Shown here: positions 46,929 through 56,792 of the stretch, piece by piece
Layout of the letters: each line of letters begins with the position of its first letter
Position numbering within the stretch: position 1 is the stretch's first letter
Sequence record: NC_048173.1
Length of the DNA stretch: 64,000 nucleotides
Reading direction: 5' to 3' (one strand)
The notes under the pieces: model-generated
Database searches by the model: none
Told to the model about the DNA's origin: nothing
What the model saw: the letters and a program-made list of their open reading frames with translations, nothing else
Made by a program: the position numbers and the translations under genes

Positions 46929-47182
46929 AAACAACCTTACTCGCTGTCTCCATCGCGGTAATGACCCTGTCCGCCTGTGACCAGAATAAACCGCAGGCTG
47001 TCTACCAGACCGATGAGTCCAAAGAAGAACGGCTGTATCTGGCGTGTCTGGATGCGGTAAAAGTGAAAGTAAAGGCCGGTGAAGACAATCTTGAAGATGC
47101 CATCACCTCGTGCCGTACTAACGCGAACGTCCTTTCCTCTAAACTGGTCTATACCCATGCGAACGGTAAAACTGCTCATTAA
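46925..47182 (+). CDS. Lipoprotein B, paralog of A
   Basis: MKTTLLAVSIAVMTLSA-C lipobox; VYQ..., CL..., C pattern shared with A. Confidence 0.8.
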   Translation: MKTTLLAVSIAVMTLSACDQNKPQAVYQTDESKEERLYLACLDAVKVKVKAGEDNLEDAITSCRTNANVLSSKLVYTHANGKTAH

Positions 47183-47270
47183 GGCAGGCGCTTACACTGT
47201 CGGTTCTGCCGCAGTCGCAGTAGGGTCCGCGTTCTGCGTGTACCTGCTCTCGTATTACGTCATCGTTTAA
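47157..47270 (+). CDS. Possible 37-aa membrane peptide
   Basis: MRTVKLLIKAGAYTVGSAAVAVGSAFCVYLLSYYVIV*; weak RBS. Confidence 0.35.
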   Translation: MRTVKLLIKAGAYTVGSAAVAVGSAFCVYLLSYYVIV

Positions 47271-47317
47271 ACTGTCACCTGCCTACTTCTCGTGGGCGGG
47301 TACTTAAGGAAAAAAGT

Positions 47318-49372
47318 ATGAAAGGCAAAAACGGCATTATGTCACCTATCGAAATGGTATCCATTTTCGATAAGTCTGTTCGCGGTCAGGAAGAAGCGAA
47401 GCGTCAGCTTTCTATTGCACTCTTTAACCGTCACCGTCGTGCAAAGCTCCCTGCAGACGACCGCAAGTTTGTTAAGAAGCAGAACATCCTTATCGAAGGG
47501 CCAACCGGGTCGGGTAAGACGGCGCTAATGCGCGTACTGCGCGAAGACTTCGGTCTGCCGGTGTTGGAAGTCGACATTACCGAATACAGCGAAGCAGGCT
47601 ATCACGGCAAGTCCGTCGATGACATGTTACGCGAGCTGCAGGAAATCGATATTCGTGTACCGAAGTGGTTCAACGAAAAGCCGGAAGCGAAGAAAGGGGA
47701 TAAGCCTAAAGTCACCGACCTGACTCCCGTGGATAACGTAAAGCGTGATGCGGAATCTGCAAAACGCATGTTAACCGCACTGCGTATTTTAGCGGTCGGT
47801 TCTGTGGGTGGGCGGCTTTACGGGATGCATATCTTCCGGGATATGGATGCGGCCTCTCGCTTATTCTCAACCGTCGAGCAATACGTCGCCGAGGAAGCGA
47901 ATTTCTTAATCGAGTTCTTTAACCGTGGCGTGGACATTGTCGAAAATCAATCTATCGGGCTGCAAGACAAACACAACGTCTTCGCAAACGATTGTGAATC
48001 GGTATTCGCACCGCTGGTTGGCGAGACCGGTACCGCAACGATAGAGATGTCGACCGCGTTCAAAGACAAATACGGTTTAGGTGATTATACCGCCCAGCGT
48101 CTGTTAGAAGAACTGAGTGGCTATGACGTGTCTGACTTTGGTGCGTTGTGGGACATCCAAATCCCCGTCGCTGAAATTAAAGAATGGCCGACGAACGATA
48201 TTGCCGCCGAGAAAAGCGGGTTCTATCGCGAACGCTTAAAAGGTGCAATGATTGCATACTTCTTCCGCTCGTTGATTGCAGGTCTGATTAAAACCGGCGA
48301 CAGCAAGGTAGAAGATCATGCCAGCAAAACCATGGCAATGCAGAAATACAACGGTAAAGACATGGCGAAAGAAGTGGCGTCTATGTTTGGGCTGGGTATG
48401 GATGCGGGGGCGCAATCGCAAGAGAAGTTAAAGGAGTACATCCGTGCGGGTATGGCGTGTATGGCGCAGGAGCGTGTGCTTCAGTTAGGTCGTAGTTTCC
48501 GCTCGTGGACTAATCAGCTGGCTAAGCTCAAGATGGTTGGTGCATCAAAGATTATTTTCCCGCCGAAGATGACCGGGGCGTGGGAAGAACTGAAAGATAT
48601 GTCTTTCGACGAATACTGGAAACAGACCACTGCTGAAATTGCAAAGCGTAGCGTGAAACAAATCCGTGAAGATGTGCAACATGCGCCATTGATTTTCGCC
48701 CCGGTTGGTGATGCGCCTGATTTCGGGGGTATGACTTTCCGTCCGGGTCGTCCTGACTTCCCAATGGGCGGTATGGGTGGGTTGTTCGGCATGATGCGTG
48801 GCGGCCCTCGCATTGGCGGTGACAGTAAAGAGTTCCTTGAGAACTTTGCCGTTATCTTCATTGATGAAATCGACAAACTGATTCAGGAGCCGGGTCGTTC
48901 AGGCGATGTCTCTCGCATGGGCGTACAACGTGGTCTGCTGAAGTTGGTGGAAGGCGGTGTTTATAACGGCATCGATACCTCTAACATTCTGTTTGTGGGT
49001 GCCGGCGCGTTCTCTGGAACCTCTCCTGCGAAACTGCTGCCTGAACTGGTCGGTCGTTTCCCTATCCGTGCTCGTCTTAAAGCACTGAACAATGACGACT
49101 ATGTCGCCATCTGTAAACTGGAACGTTCGCCGTTCAACATGTACATCAAAATGTTGGGCACGGACGACGTGAAGGTTAAGTTCGACGAAGATACTTTTGT
49201 ATACATTGCTCAATTGACTGAGCTTGAGAATCAAGAGTTCAATCTGGGCGCTCGCCGTATCGAAGGCATCATCGAGCGTGTTTTTGCACCGGCCATGTTC
49301 GAGCCGGAGAAATACTTAGAACACGGGTTCGACATCCGTGGTGAAACACTCCGTAAAACCTTAAGAGGCTAA
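47318..49372 (+). CDS. hslU: HslU (ClpY)-like AAA+ unfoldase with an expanded I-domain
   Basis: GQEEAKRQLSIALFNRHRR, NILIEGPTGSGKT, TEYSEAGYHG, FIDEIDK, GVQRGLLKLVEG, PELVGRFPIR, GARRI. Confidence 0.85.
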   Translation: MKGKNGIMSPIEMVSIFDKSVRGQEEAKRQLSIALFNRHRRAKLPADDRKFVKKQNILIEGPTGSGKTALMRVLREDFGLPVLEVDITEYSEAGYHGKSVDDMLRELQEIDIRVPKWFNEKPEAKKGDKPKVTDLTPVDNVKRDAESAKRMLTALRILAVGSVGGRLYGMHIFRDMDAASRLFSTVEQYVAEEANFLIEFFNRGVDIVENQSIGLQDKHNVFANDCESVFAPLVGETGTATIEMSTAFKDKYGLGDYTAQRLLEELSGYDVSDFGALWDIQIPVAEIKEWPTNDIAAEKSGFYRERLKGAMIAYFFRSLIAGLIKTGDSKVEDHASKTMAMQKYNGKDMAKEVASMFGLGMDAGAQSQEKLKEYIRAGMACMAQERVLQLGRSFRSWTNQLAKLKMVGASKIIFPPKMTGAWEELKDMSFDEYWKQTTAEIAKRSVKQIREDVQHAPLIFAPVGDAPDFGGMTFRPGRPDFPMGGMGGLFGMMRGGPRIGGDSKEFLENFAVIFIDEIDKLIQEPGRSGDVSRMGVQRGLLKLVEGGVYNGIDTSNILFVGAGAFSGTSPAKLLPELVGRFPIRARLKALNNDDYVAICKLERSPFNMYIKMLGTDDVKVKFDEDTFVYIAQLTELENQEFNLGARRIEGIIERVFAPAMFEPEKYLEHGFDIRGETLRKTLRG

Positions 49373-49377
49373 GCATC

Positions 49378-50418
49378 ATGCAACTTTCTACTGTCGAAGA
49401 ACTGCAAACCTTTTTGGCGAGTTCTTCTATAAACGAGCGCATGAACTGGGCCAGAGAAACCCTGATCAATAATGACGGTTGGTTGACCTTTACGGTCCCC
49501 AACCTTATTGATATCGGTGACGACCTTGTAGCGGCAAATTGCCGCTCTTGGGGCAGTAAGCAGAAGCGCAGTGCGCGCCTGACGTTTACCCGTCATGACA
49601 GTTTTCTCTGGAGCGACATCGTTTATAATCGAGCACTCCGTCAGACTTCTGATTCTTACTTTTCCTCGATGTATCGCAATGCATCCGAGTCTTTTCGTCA
49701 TGCGACCGACGCTTCCATCATTGAGATTGTGTATGCAGTCTCACGCAAACTGATGGATGCGAAGGATGAGTACAACACAGTGTACGAATTCCGTGATTGT
49801 GCAGATAAGTTGTTCGAGCACTTTGAATTGCCTCGCAAACCTGACCAGCGACGTAGTATTCAGGCAATTCTTTTATTAGCACGCATGTTCCCCGGTCGTG
49901 AAATTAAGGTCGGGGACTTCGAATGGCAGAAACAATTCTCTGAGTTACTCCCGGCAGACAGTTCGCCGGCGAAGTTGTTACGTACGCAAATTGAAGACGG
50001 GATTGCATGGCAGCCCACCGGCAGTTCCCACAACGAGACTGGCTTAAGTTACAGCTATACCTCGTTAGGACTTTCTGCGGGTAACCGTTCTGAAATTCGC
50101 ATTGTGTTTGAAAACTGTAACCGTGCTCATGCGGACGCCATGTCGAATATACTCGACGCCGGCACCAACATCCAACGTGAGCTGTTAGCAGGTATCTCGG
50201 ACATCCTGAAGCGTGAGTGCATCTATTACGGTGTAGATGTGCAAAACGTCCAACGGGATATCCGTTTGTATCTGCGCGAGAAAGGCTACAAAATGGACGT
50301 GGGAACATCGCTGTCAATGCACATGCCATTAGCAGGCTCGGTGTTCCCGCAGGCCGTGCAGGTATTCAAGGTAGACCTTACCCATGAAAGCCTACACAAT
50401 CAGCCTGTCGAAGCATAG
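49378..50418 (+). CDS. Hypothetical protein
   Basis: 346-aa ORF. Confidence 0.75.
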   Translation: MQLSTVEELQTFLASSSINERMNWARETLINNDGWLTFTVPNLIDIGDDLVAANCRSWGSKQKRSARLTFTRHDSFLWSDIVYNRALRQTSDSYFSSMYRNASESFRHATDASIIEIVYAVSRKLMDAKDEYNTVYEFRDCADKLFEHFELPRKPDQRRSIQAILLLARMFPGREIKVGDFEWQKQFSELLPADSSPAKLLRTQIEDGIAWQPTGSSHNETGLSYSYTSLGLSAGNRSEIRIVFENCNRAHADAMSNILDAGTNIQRELLAGISDILKRECIYYGVDVQNVQRDIRLYLREKGYKMDVGTSLSMHMPLAGSVFPQAVQVFKVDLTHESLHNQPVEA

Positions 50419-50767
50419 AGTCGCCAAGGGGAAAGGAATCCCCTTAGTTGACATCACCGTAAAGTCCGGCATCAAGGAGTTCGCTCCCGATTGGGATTTC
50501 TTGATGGAGTATAAAAAGTCAAATCAGGACGCTGAAGCTCAGGCGGTCTACACCCGAAAATATTACGCCAAGCTGAATACAGTATGGCAACATAAGCCGG
50601 AGTTGTTCCTAAAGCTGTTTGAGGAATACAATGAGGTTGCCTTCGCGTGTTACTGTCCTGAGAACGCCTGCTTCTGTCATCGTTTTCTGTTCGTCGATGG
50701 GTTAGAGAAGATGGCAATAAAACTCACGCTCCCATTCGAACGGGGAGGTGAACTAACAAACAATTAA
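50384..50767 (+). CDS. DUF488/YeaO-like protein
   Basis: DITVKSG..FAPDWDFL...Y..KL and ACYCPENACFCHRFL motifs. Confidence 0.65.
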   Translation: MKAYTISLSKHRVAKGKGIPLVDITVKSGIKEFAPDWDFLMEYKKSNQDAEAQAVYTRKYYAKLNTVWQHKPELFLKLFEEYNEVAFACYCPENACFCHRFLFVDGLEKMAIKLTLPFERGGELTNN

Positions 50768-50784
50768 ACTGTGGAGCATTTCTA

Positions 50785-51303
50785 ATGGAATTAAACTTTT
50801 ACACACCGCGCGAGAAAGCTTACCTGAACGGTCAAATTCAGGCGGGAAAAGCAAACATTAATATTGAGCCCCTGAAAGAAATTGTGGCTCGTAAGTTTCC
50901 CGATGAAAACTGGGACCGTATCTATTTTGTCGCAAAAGCCGTTGGCAATGCGTTGGTTGAGCTCAGCAAGATGAACACCTGTCATCGCGAAGGGTGGGAG
51001 TGGTTTGTACCGAAAACGCCATCTGCTATTCGTATTGACGGGTTCGAGCATCGCATTTATACCGTGGCGCACAACAAAGCGGCCAGCGATTTGCTTAAAG
51101 TAATATGGGACCGCCCTCGTCGTGAAGTCATCATGGCGATTGAAGTATTGAAAGAAGCCGGGTACGAGGGGTTGGTAAGTGTCGACCTCGAAGAAGAAGA
51201 CGATAAAAGCGAATACCTCACTTTACAGTGGCACGGTACTCGTATTCCATCCACTCGTAACATGATCTACTTGTACAAAGGCAGTCAGGGCCGTCCAAAC
51301 TAA
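50785..51303 (+). CDS. Hypothetical protein
   Basis: GGAG RBS, 172 aa. Confidence 0.75.
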   Translation: MELNFYTPREKAYLNGQIQAGKANINIEPLKEIVARKFPDENWDRIYFVAKAVGNALVELSKMNTCHREGWEWFVPKTPSAIRIDGFEHRIYTVAHNKAASDLLKVIWDRPRREVIMAIEVLKEAGYEGLVSVDLEEEDDKSEYLTLQWHGTRIPSTRNMIYLYKGSQGRPN

Positions 51304-51334
51304 AACGTGGCGGTCACGGCTGACAGGTGACCGT

Positions 51335-51544
51335 ATGTTCTCACGTTTGTTTTGGTTCCTCGTTCCATTAGTTAATAAGCGTAATGCTGAGCTGATGAAA
51401 CGTAACAATCAACTGACTGCGCTGCTCAATGCAGAGAAGCTTGCGCACGTCCAAACAAAAGATGATGTAATGGGACTCAAAGTGATTATAGCCCGACACG
51501 AGGTGGGGATGGCGGATTTGTTAAGGAAGCTCGACCATGTGTGA
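51335..51544 (+). CDS. Small coiled-coil protein with a hydrophobic N-terminus
   Basis: AGGTGA RBS, 69 aa. Confidence 0.6.
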   Translation: MFSRLFWFLVPLVNKRNAELMKRNNQLTALLNAEKLAHVQTKDDVMGLKVIIARHEVGMADLLRKLDHV

Positions 51545-51881
51545 CCTGTGCAACTTTTTAGATGATGATGTGATTAACCGTTTGAAGACGTCGTTAGTCG
51601 TGATTCAAATGTTGCCACAGAAAGGTTTCCGGCAGCGTCGATTATCTGGCAGTATCATGACGCTTGTAGGGCGTTATAACGCCATTAAAGACGTGATGGT
51701 AGATAAGCTCGAAGATGACTACCAGAAGACGCTGGAGCGGTTTAAGCGCGACCCTACGGTACGGAATGAGATGTTCTTACGAGAACTCCAACGTGCCCGG
51801 TCGCAAATCTTGATAAACGTGAACGAGGTGAAGAAACTTCTCACCACTGCAGAACCGTGGTTATCGGTTATGGAGGCGTAA
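51537..51881 (+). CDS. Hypothetical protein
   Basis: AAGGA RBS; overlaps the upstream stop. Confidence 0.7.
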   Translation: MCDLCNFLDDDVINRLKTSLVVIQMLPQKGFRQRRLSGSIMTLVGRYNAIKDVMVDKLEDDYQKTLERFKRDPTVRNEMFLRELQRARSQILINVNEVKKLLTTAEPWLSVMEA

Positions 51882-52165
51882 TGGTTGATGGTCGTCAATT
51901 ATTAAGTGACGTCATGTTCGGGAAGAAAATCGAAGACACGTATGACAACGCGGACGCCTTGCTCCAGTTGTTCATTCCACTGACGTCTGAGCATTACGAG
52001 ATTTTCCCCGCCGGACAAGAATACATTGTCCGTTCCCGCAACAAAAAATTTGAAGCAGCCCGCTACCCGCGTACGTTGGGTGGCGTGATTGTGCTGCAAG
52101 GTCAGTTCGAAGGTGCGATAGCGAGAATCCTCGTTTATTACGCTACCGGCGGTCAAGGGTTTTAA
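51881..52165 (+). CDS. Hypothetical protein
   Basis: GGAGG RBS, TAATG overlap. Confidence 0.7.
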   Translation: MVDGRQLLSDVMFGKKIEDTYDNADALLQLFIPLTSEHYEIFPAGQEYIVRSRNKKFEAARYPRTLGGVIVLQGQFEGAIARILVYYATGGQGF

Positions 52166-52169
52166 TCGC

Positions 52170-52204
52170 AGGAGCCTCCGGGCTCCTCACCCTTTATTTT
52201 TTTT
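52170..52204 (+). terminator. Rho-independent terminator
   Basis: AGGAGCC-TCCG-GGCTCCT plus T tract. Confidence 0.75.
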
Positions 52205-52274
52205 GTCTCCCGCCTTGGGCCTAATCGTATGTATCCACGAGTTACTTTTTAACTTTGTCATAAGGCGCTTCAAG

Positions 52275-53075
52275 ATGAGGTCAGGCACATTAGAGAATTT
52301 AATCTCACTAATTAATTCCGCTAACTCAGCTGAAACACCCATCGCACTTGAAGATGTCGACGTTTCAGTACCGTATGCGGTTAACAAAGACGGTTGCAAC
52401 ACCGAGGTGGAAGTCACCATCAAACCGACTTATTTCCCGTTACGAGGGAAGCAGACTTTTCGCTACAATCGCCTCCCCATTGACACAGTGGTAAAAGGTG
52501 ATTTGGAGCTGTACATGGACCCGGAGATGCGGAACAGTTACGACATGATTCCGTACCTCAACCAACAGCTCAACATCGAACTGACTGAAAACGACGTCAT
52601 TAACGACCCGGTCACTGGACAGCAGCACGCCTTCCGTGCCGCCTCCACGTCCTACCAATGGAAAGACCTGGCGTTGGTGTTGTTAAAGCAAGCGACGCCG
52701 CTCGACGAGGTTATCCTCACGACCGCGCTTGACGGTTTAAAATACCCCGACACGCAAGACCCGAAAGGACAAGCGTCAGTTTACTCCTACGGGATTGACT
52801 GTTCGCGCATTGCACCGTTCCTTTGGGTTATGGATGCCGGGGTGGACTTTGACGATACGGCATTAGCCGCCGAGTTCAATAAAACCGTACCCGAACTTTG
52901 GGTCTCTGCCCCGGAAGCAGCTCCTTGGAACCTACGTGGCTCGAAATGTGTCTACGAAGGTTTAACCACGGGACTGCCGGGTAGCAACACTGTGTTCAAA
53001 CGCGTGGTGTCAATCGAACTGGGCCCGCTCTGCAGTAACTTCGCAGGCACCCTTAACTTGCACTACAATCCGTGA
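52275..53075 (+). CDS. Tail/baseplate paralog 1
   Basis: LINSAN, GCNTEV, FRYNRLPI, LNQQLNIELTENDV, STSYQWKD, LDGLKYP, YSYGIDC, LNLHYN. Confidence 0.8.
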   Translation: MRSGTLENLISLINSANSAETPIALEDVDVSVPYAVNKDGCNTEVEVTIKPTYFPLRGKQTFRYNRLPIDTVVKGDLELYMDPEMRNSYDMIPYLNQQLNIELTENDVINDPVTGQQHAFRAASTSYQWKDLALVLLKQATPLDEVILTTALDGLKYPDTQDPKGQASVYSYGIDCSRIAPFLWVMDAGVDFDDTALAAEFNKTVPELWVSAPEAAPWNLRGSKCVYEGLTTGLPGSNTVFKRVVSIELGPLCSNFAGTLNLHYNP

Positions 53076-53084
53076 GGTTAAAGG

Positions 53085-53927
53085 ATGGCTAAGTACACTA
53101 AAACCTCCAACGAGATGTTGCTCGATGCGATTAACATCGAAAACAACCTGCAGAATGATCCACTGACGTGGAATCAGATTGCGGCCGGCTTTCCCGAGAA
53201 GGTAACAACACCGGGTGCCGACCGAAACACTCGTTTACTTATCTACGGACTGAAGCAGGGTGGTTATAAAGGCACGGTCACGTTACAGTACGACCGTATC
53301 TCGCTGCCAGCTATCTTCCGTAATGTAACCCCGGTGGTAGTGACCAACCCTGTGCAGTTGCTGAGCCAGCTGCTGCCGCAACTCAACAAAGCGTACGGGC
53401 TGTCGTTAGACAAAGACGATATCCTTGAGCAGTCGGTTGCGGACTTAGGGGAAGACTTCCTGATTAACGTCCAGCTGCGACCTGGCTGTTTGGCGTGGGA
53501 AGGGGATTTTGAATTACGCTTTACCAAGTTCCGTCCGAAACTGAAAGACATCATTGCCGATGCTGTGCTGGATGTCATCGTAGCGCCGTTCCCTATTGGA
53601 ACGAAGCCCCGTGCCGAGTATGTAACCTACGGGTATGACTACTCCACGATGGGAGAAACGTTTAAAACGTGGGCCATTAATCGGACATTAACGCAGGACG
53701 ATATTGACGAACTGAACGAAACCGTGCAGGGGTTGAAACTGGTGAACAAAACCGGTGCCAATGCTTCTGCTGGGGAGATTGCGTTGTCGGGGGCGAAAGT
53801 CACCTCGATTAACAACGTGACAGACGGCAGTTTGTTTAACGTGCTGTACGAGAAGGCAATCGTGATTACACTGGCCACCACCAGTAACTACGAGGGTCAG
53901 CTTATCCTTCACTACTCTGCGCTTTAA
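53085..53927 (+). CDS. Tail/baseplate paralog 2
   Basis: INIENN, RNTRL, YDRISL, LNKAYGL, CLAWEG, YGYDY, LILHYS. Confidence 0.8.
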   Translation: MAKYTKTSNEMLLDAINIENNLQNDPLTWNQIAAGFPEKVTTPGADRNTRLLIYGLKQGGYKGTVTLQYDRISLPAIFRNVTPVVVTNPVQLLSQLLPQLNKAYGLSLDKDDILEQSVADLGEDFLINVQLRPGCLAWEGDFELRFTKFRPKLKDIIADAVLDVIVAPFPIGTKPRAEYVTYGYDYSTMGETFKTWAINRTLTQDDIDELNETVQGLKLVNKTGANASAGEIALSGAKVTSINNVTDGSLFNVLYEKAIVITLATTSNYEGQLILHYSAL

Positions 53928-53935
53928 GGATTGCT

Positions 53936-54781
53936 ATGCCTATCTTAAAACGTCCTGAGCAGTTAATTGTCGATCGTATTAACCTTGAGAATAAGACCGA
54001 CCTGAAGCTTACCGACGTAACCTTATTTACGCCGCGTGTGCCGACGACTGCTGAAGAGATTCAAAACGCTCAAGGTCGTAACTCGTTTGTGCGTATTGCC
54101 GCGACCCCGCTGGCTAATGCAACGGGTGCGACGTTTGTCTATTATAACCGTCTCGATTTCACGGCGATGTTTACCGATGAGACGGGGATTCAACCGTTGG
54201 TCGTGCCGGTCGACTTCGACACTGTCTTTACTGCATGGGATGTCGTGCCGTTCATTAACCAGTATTACGGGTTGATGCTCGAACCGAAAGACGTGCTGGA
54301 AGAAACCATCAACCGGGGTGACTGGACGGTGCAGCTGAAAGCGCATCCCGACTCCCTCGGCTGGGTGGGTGAAGTGCCGGTGCAGTTGGTGCGTGGTGAC
54401 GCGTTGGTACCGACGAACTTCACGGATGTGAAGATTGCGCCGTATGCCTATCCGTACTTCAACACGAAAGTCGGGCAAGGTGCTATTTACTCTTACCCGT
54501 GGCGTTTCGATAACTTTGCGGCGGAACTGCAGGGCATGGGAACCACCACCAATGAAACGCGTTTGGCACAGATTCTTAAGTCTGTGACTGCGGATAACTG
54601 GATGGTGTACCGTAGCCCGGTGGACTTCAACCTTAAAGAAGCCACGGTGGTTTATAACGGCAAGAACAGCCGTGACCTCCCAACGAACCCCTCGGTTGAC
54701 AACGTGATGGTTATCGAGTTGTCGCTGTATTGTCTCAACTTTGGCGGGCGCTTGTACCTGCATTACAATGACCCTGAATAA
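53936..54781 (+). CDS. Tail/baseplate paralog 3
   Basis: INLEN, RNSFV, YNRLDF, INQYYGL, DSLGWVG, LYLHYNDP. Confidence 0.8.
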   Translation: MPILKRPEQLIVDRINLENKTDLKLTDVTLFTPRVPTTAEEIQNAQGRNSFVRIAATPLANATGATFVYYNRLDFTAMFTDETGIQPLVVPVDFDTVFTAWDVVPFINQYYGLMLEPKDVLEETINRGDWTVQLKAHPDSLGWVGEVPVQLVRGDALVPTNFTDVKIAPYAYPYFNTKVGQGAIYSYPWRFDNFAAELQGMGTTTNETRLAQILKSVTADNWMVYRSPVDFNLKEATVVYNGKNSRDLPTNPSVDNVMVIELSLYCLNFGGRLYLHYNDPE

Positions 54782-54794
54782 GGAATAACGTTAA

Positions 54795-55715
54795 ATGAAA
54801 CCGTTAAACAAAACCTCCGATTTGCTGGTACTGGATCTCATCAACGAAGCGAACGTCGATGCCGACCTCGACCTGACCAAAGTCATCCTGCTACCCCCAG
54901 TCGATAACGATGAAGAAGGCGCTGACCGTAACAGTAAGCTGACTGTCAAAGCACGTAAGAACTCCGGCTTCATTAAGACGCAGGATGTGACTTATGACCG
55001 CCTGCAGGGTGAAGCGCTGTTCCGCAACATCGCTGCTTACCTCGATGTTAAACTGCCAACCTCTTCTACCGACCTGCTCGACCAGCTGAACAAACAGTAC
55101 GGTCTGAAGATTCAGGCAGAAGATATCGTTCCAGCCCCGATCGCGGCAGATACCAACCCGCCACTGACCGACCCGGAAGAGGATGCACCGCCTGCTGTGC
55201 AACACGTCATTACCTTTAAAGACGACTGCTACGCGTTCAAAGGTGCTATCAACGTCCTTATCGGCGAGCGTCCACAGGTGGGTGAACGCCTGTCTCTGGT
55301 TATCACCAAAACCAAACTGGACGGTCTGCAGTACCCTGATGGCAAAACAGACGAGAAAGGTCAGGCGTACATCTACTCTTACGGCACCGACTGCACCGCG
55401 ATTATGGGCTTCCTCAGCAAGCTGGCTGTAGGCACCCCGCTGGATGACACCGCGACTGCCACCGAGCTGAACAAAGTGTTCCCGGAAGAGTGGGTAGCGG
55501 TTGCTGGTACTGCTGACTACAACCTGACCGATGCTGATGTGATCTACGCGGGCTCCACTACCGAAACGGTACAAGACCCGAACGACCCACAGAACACCAT
55601 CACTCAGGATGTCCCGGGTGCAGACATGTCCTTCAACTCCATCGTGAAGCTGAAACTGTCTGACTCTGCGTGCGCGAACTTCCAGGGCGAGTTGTTCTTG
55701 CATTACAACGCATAA
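54795..55715 (+). CDS. Tail/baseplate paralog 4 (strong codon bias, likely abundant)
   Basis: INEAN, RNSKL, YDRLQG, LNKQYGL, LDGLQYP, LFLHYN. Confidence 0.8.
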   Translation: MKPLNKTSDLLVLDLINEANVDADLDLTKVILLPPVDNDEEGADRNSKLTVKARKNSGFIKTQDVTYDRLQGEALFRNIAAYLDVKLPTSSTDLLDQLNKQYGLKIQAEDIVPAPIAADTNPPLTDPEEDAPPAVQHVITFKDDCYAFKGAINVLIGERPQVGERLSLVITKTKLDGLQYPDGKTDEKGQAYIYSYGTDCTAIMGFLSKLAVGTPLDDTATATELNKVFPEEWVAVAGTADYNLTDADVIYAGSTTETVQDPNDPQNTITQDVPGADMSFNSIVKLKLSDSACANFQGELFLHYNA

Positions 55716-55722
55716 TGCTACC

Positions 55723-55762
55723 CCGGGGGAGATTTCTCCCCCGGTTCATCTGCTATTTTTGA
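55723..55762 (+). terminator. Terminator hairpin
   Basis: CCGGGGGA...TCCCCCGG followed by a T tract. Confidence 0.6.
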
Positions 55763-55778
55763 TTAGAAGGATGGTATT

Positions 55779-56780
55779 ATGCCAAGTCCATATGCCAAGT
55801 CTTCACAGCAACTGTTCTGGGACTTGGTAAACGCATCAAACCCGCAGTTGAAGATTCCTTTGTCGGACGCCAACTGTGTTATTTACGGCTATCCGCAAGC
55901 AGTCACCTCAAATGCGGCATCGGGTTATCGCAATACCAAGATTCGTTTGTATGCGAAAGTGGGGATGGGGTATAAAGGCGAGGTTTCTGTCTACTATAAC
56001 CGCCTGAATATTGCCAGCTTCTTTGTGGGCATCACTCCGACTGTTACGCATTACACTGCAAACACCCCAGCACTTGTAATGGATGTGTTTAATGCCACGT
56101 ACGGCTTGCAGTTGACATACGCCAACCGGTCCTGGACTGACTCCACGCCCGCCTGGACGTTAGGGATGACAATTCCGGACATCATGATGTATAGCTCATC
56201 GTACCAAGCCGGGGCAGCCAGTAGTGACAACACCAAACGCTACACGACGGCAAACGAATCGCTGTGTTGGGTGGGGGGTACTAACCTTGACATCAGTCGT
56301 ATTCGCGGCAACCCTGACTACGGTACGTTGATTACGAAGCCTGAGATTGTGACCATGCGTAAAGTGCCGGTACAAACGCCTAACACGTACAATACCGCTT
56401 TACTGACGTGGGGTTACGATTTCACTGATAAGCAAACCACCATCGCTAACTTCCTATCCTCGCCAACGAACCGCACTTATCAGTTGGCGTTGGCGCAGAT
56501 GCTGGCGGATGTGACGGGTCTTCCTTTTGCATGGGGGAACGGTGGTGCTGCCGGGGCTTTAGATTTGCAAGGATTTACGCAGCAGCAGGCGCAGCTGGCC
56601 CTCGGAACGCGTTATCACACCAATACCGATGATTATAACCGCTGCTTAATGTTGTACCGCGACACGACGCCATTAGGTGCTGGTTGGTCTACAGACGGCT
56701 GGCAGGGAATGAACGGTGACCAAGATGACGTCAACAATACCGTGTTCCGTCACATGGTCTTTATGCACTACAACGCTTAA
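55779..56780 (+). CDS. Tail/baseplate paralog 5
   Basis: VNASN, RNTKI, YNRLNI, FNATYGL, WGYDF, FMHYN. Confidence 0.8.
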   Translation: MPSPYAKSSQQLFWDLVNASNPQLKIPLSDANCVIYGYPQAVTSNAASGYRNTKIRLYAKVGMGYKGEVSVYYNRLNIASFFVGITPTVTHYTANTPALVMDVFNATYGLQLTYANRSWTDSTPAWTLGMTIPDIMMYSSSYQAGAASSDNTKRYTTANESLCWVGGTNLDISRIRGNPDYGTLITKPEIVTMRKVPVQTPNTYNTALLTWGYDFTDKQTTIANFLSSPTNRTYQLALAQMLADVTGLPFAWGNGGAAGALDLQGFTQQQAQLALGTRYHTNTDDYNRCLMLYRDTTPLGAGWSTDGWQGMNGDQDDVNNTVFRHMVFMHYNA

Positions 56781-56792
56781 CCGGAGTAAGAA

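Noticed and set aside
47210-47222. CGCAGTCGCAGTA 13-mer identical to 2405-2417
   Set aside because: Can be explained by Ala-Val-Ala-Val codons and lacks the rest of the leader element; probably chance.
54023-55703. Antisense ORFs of 246 and 270 aa over tail paralogs 3 and 4
   Set aside because: Same codon-bias shadow effect; the + strand genes carry clear family motifs.
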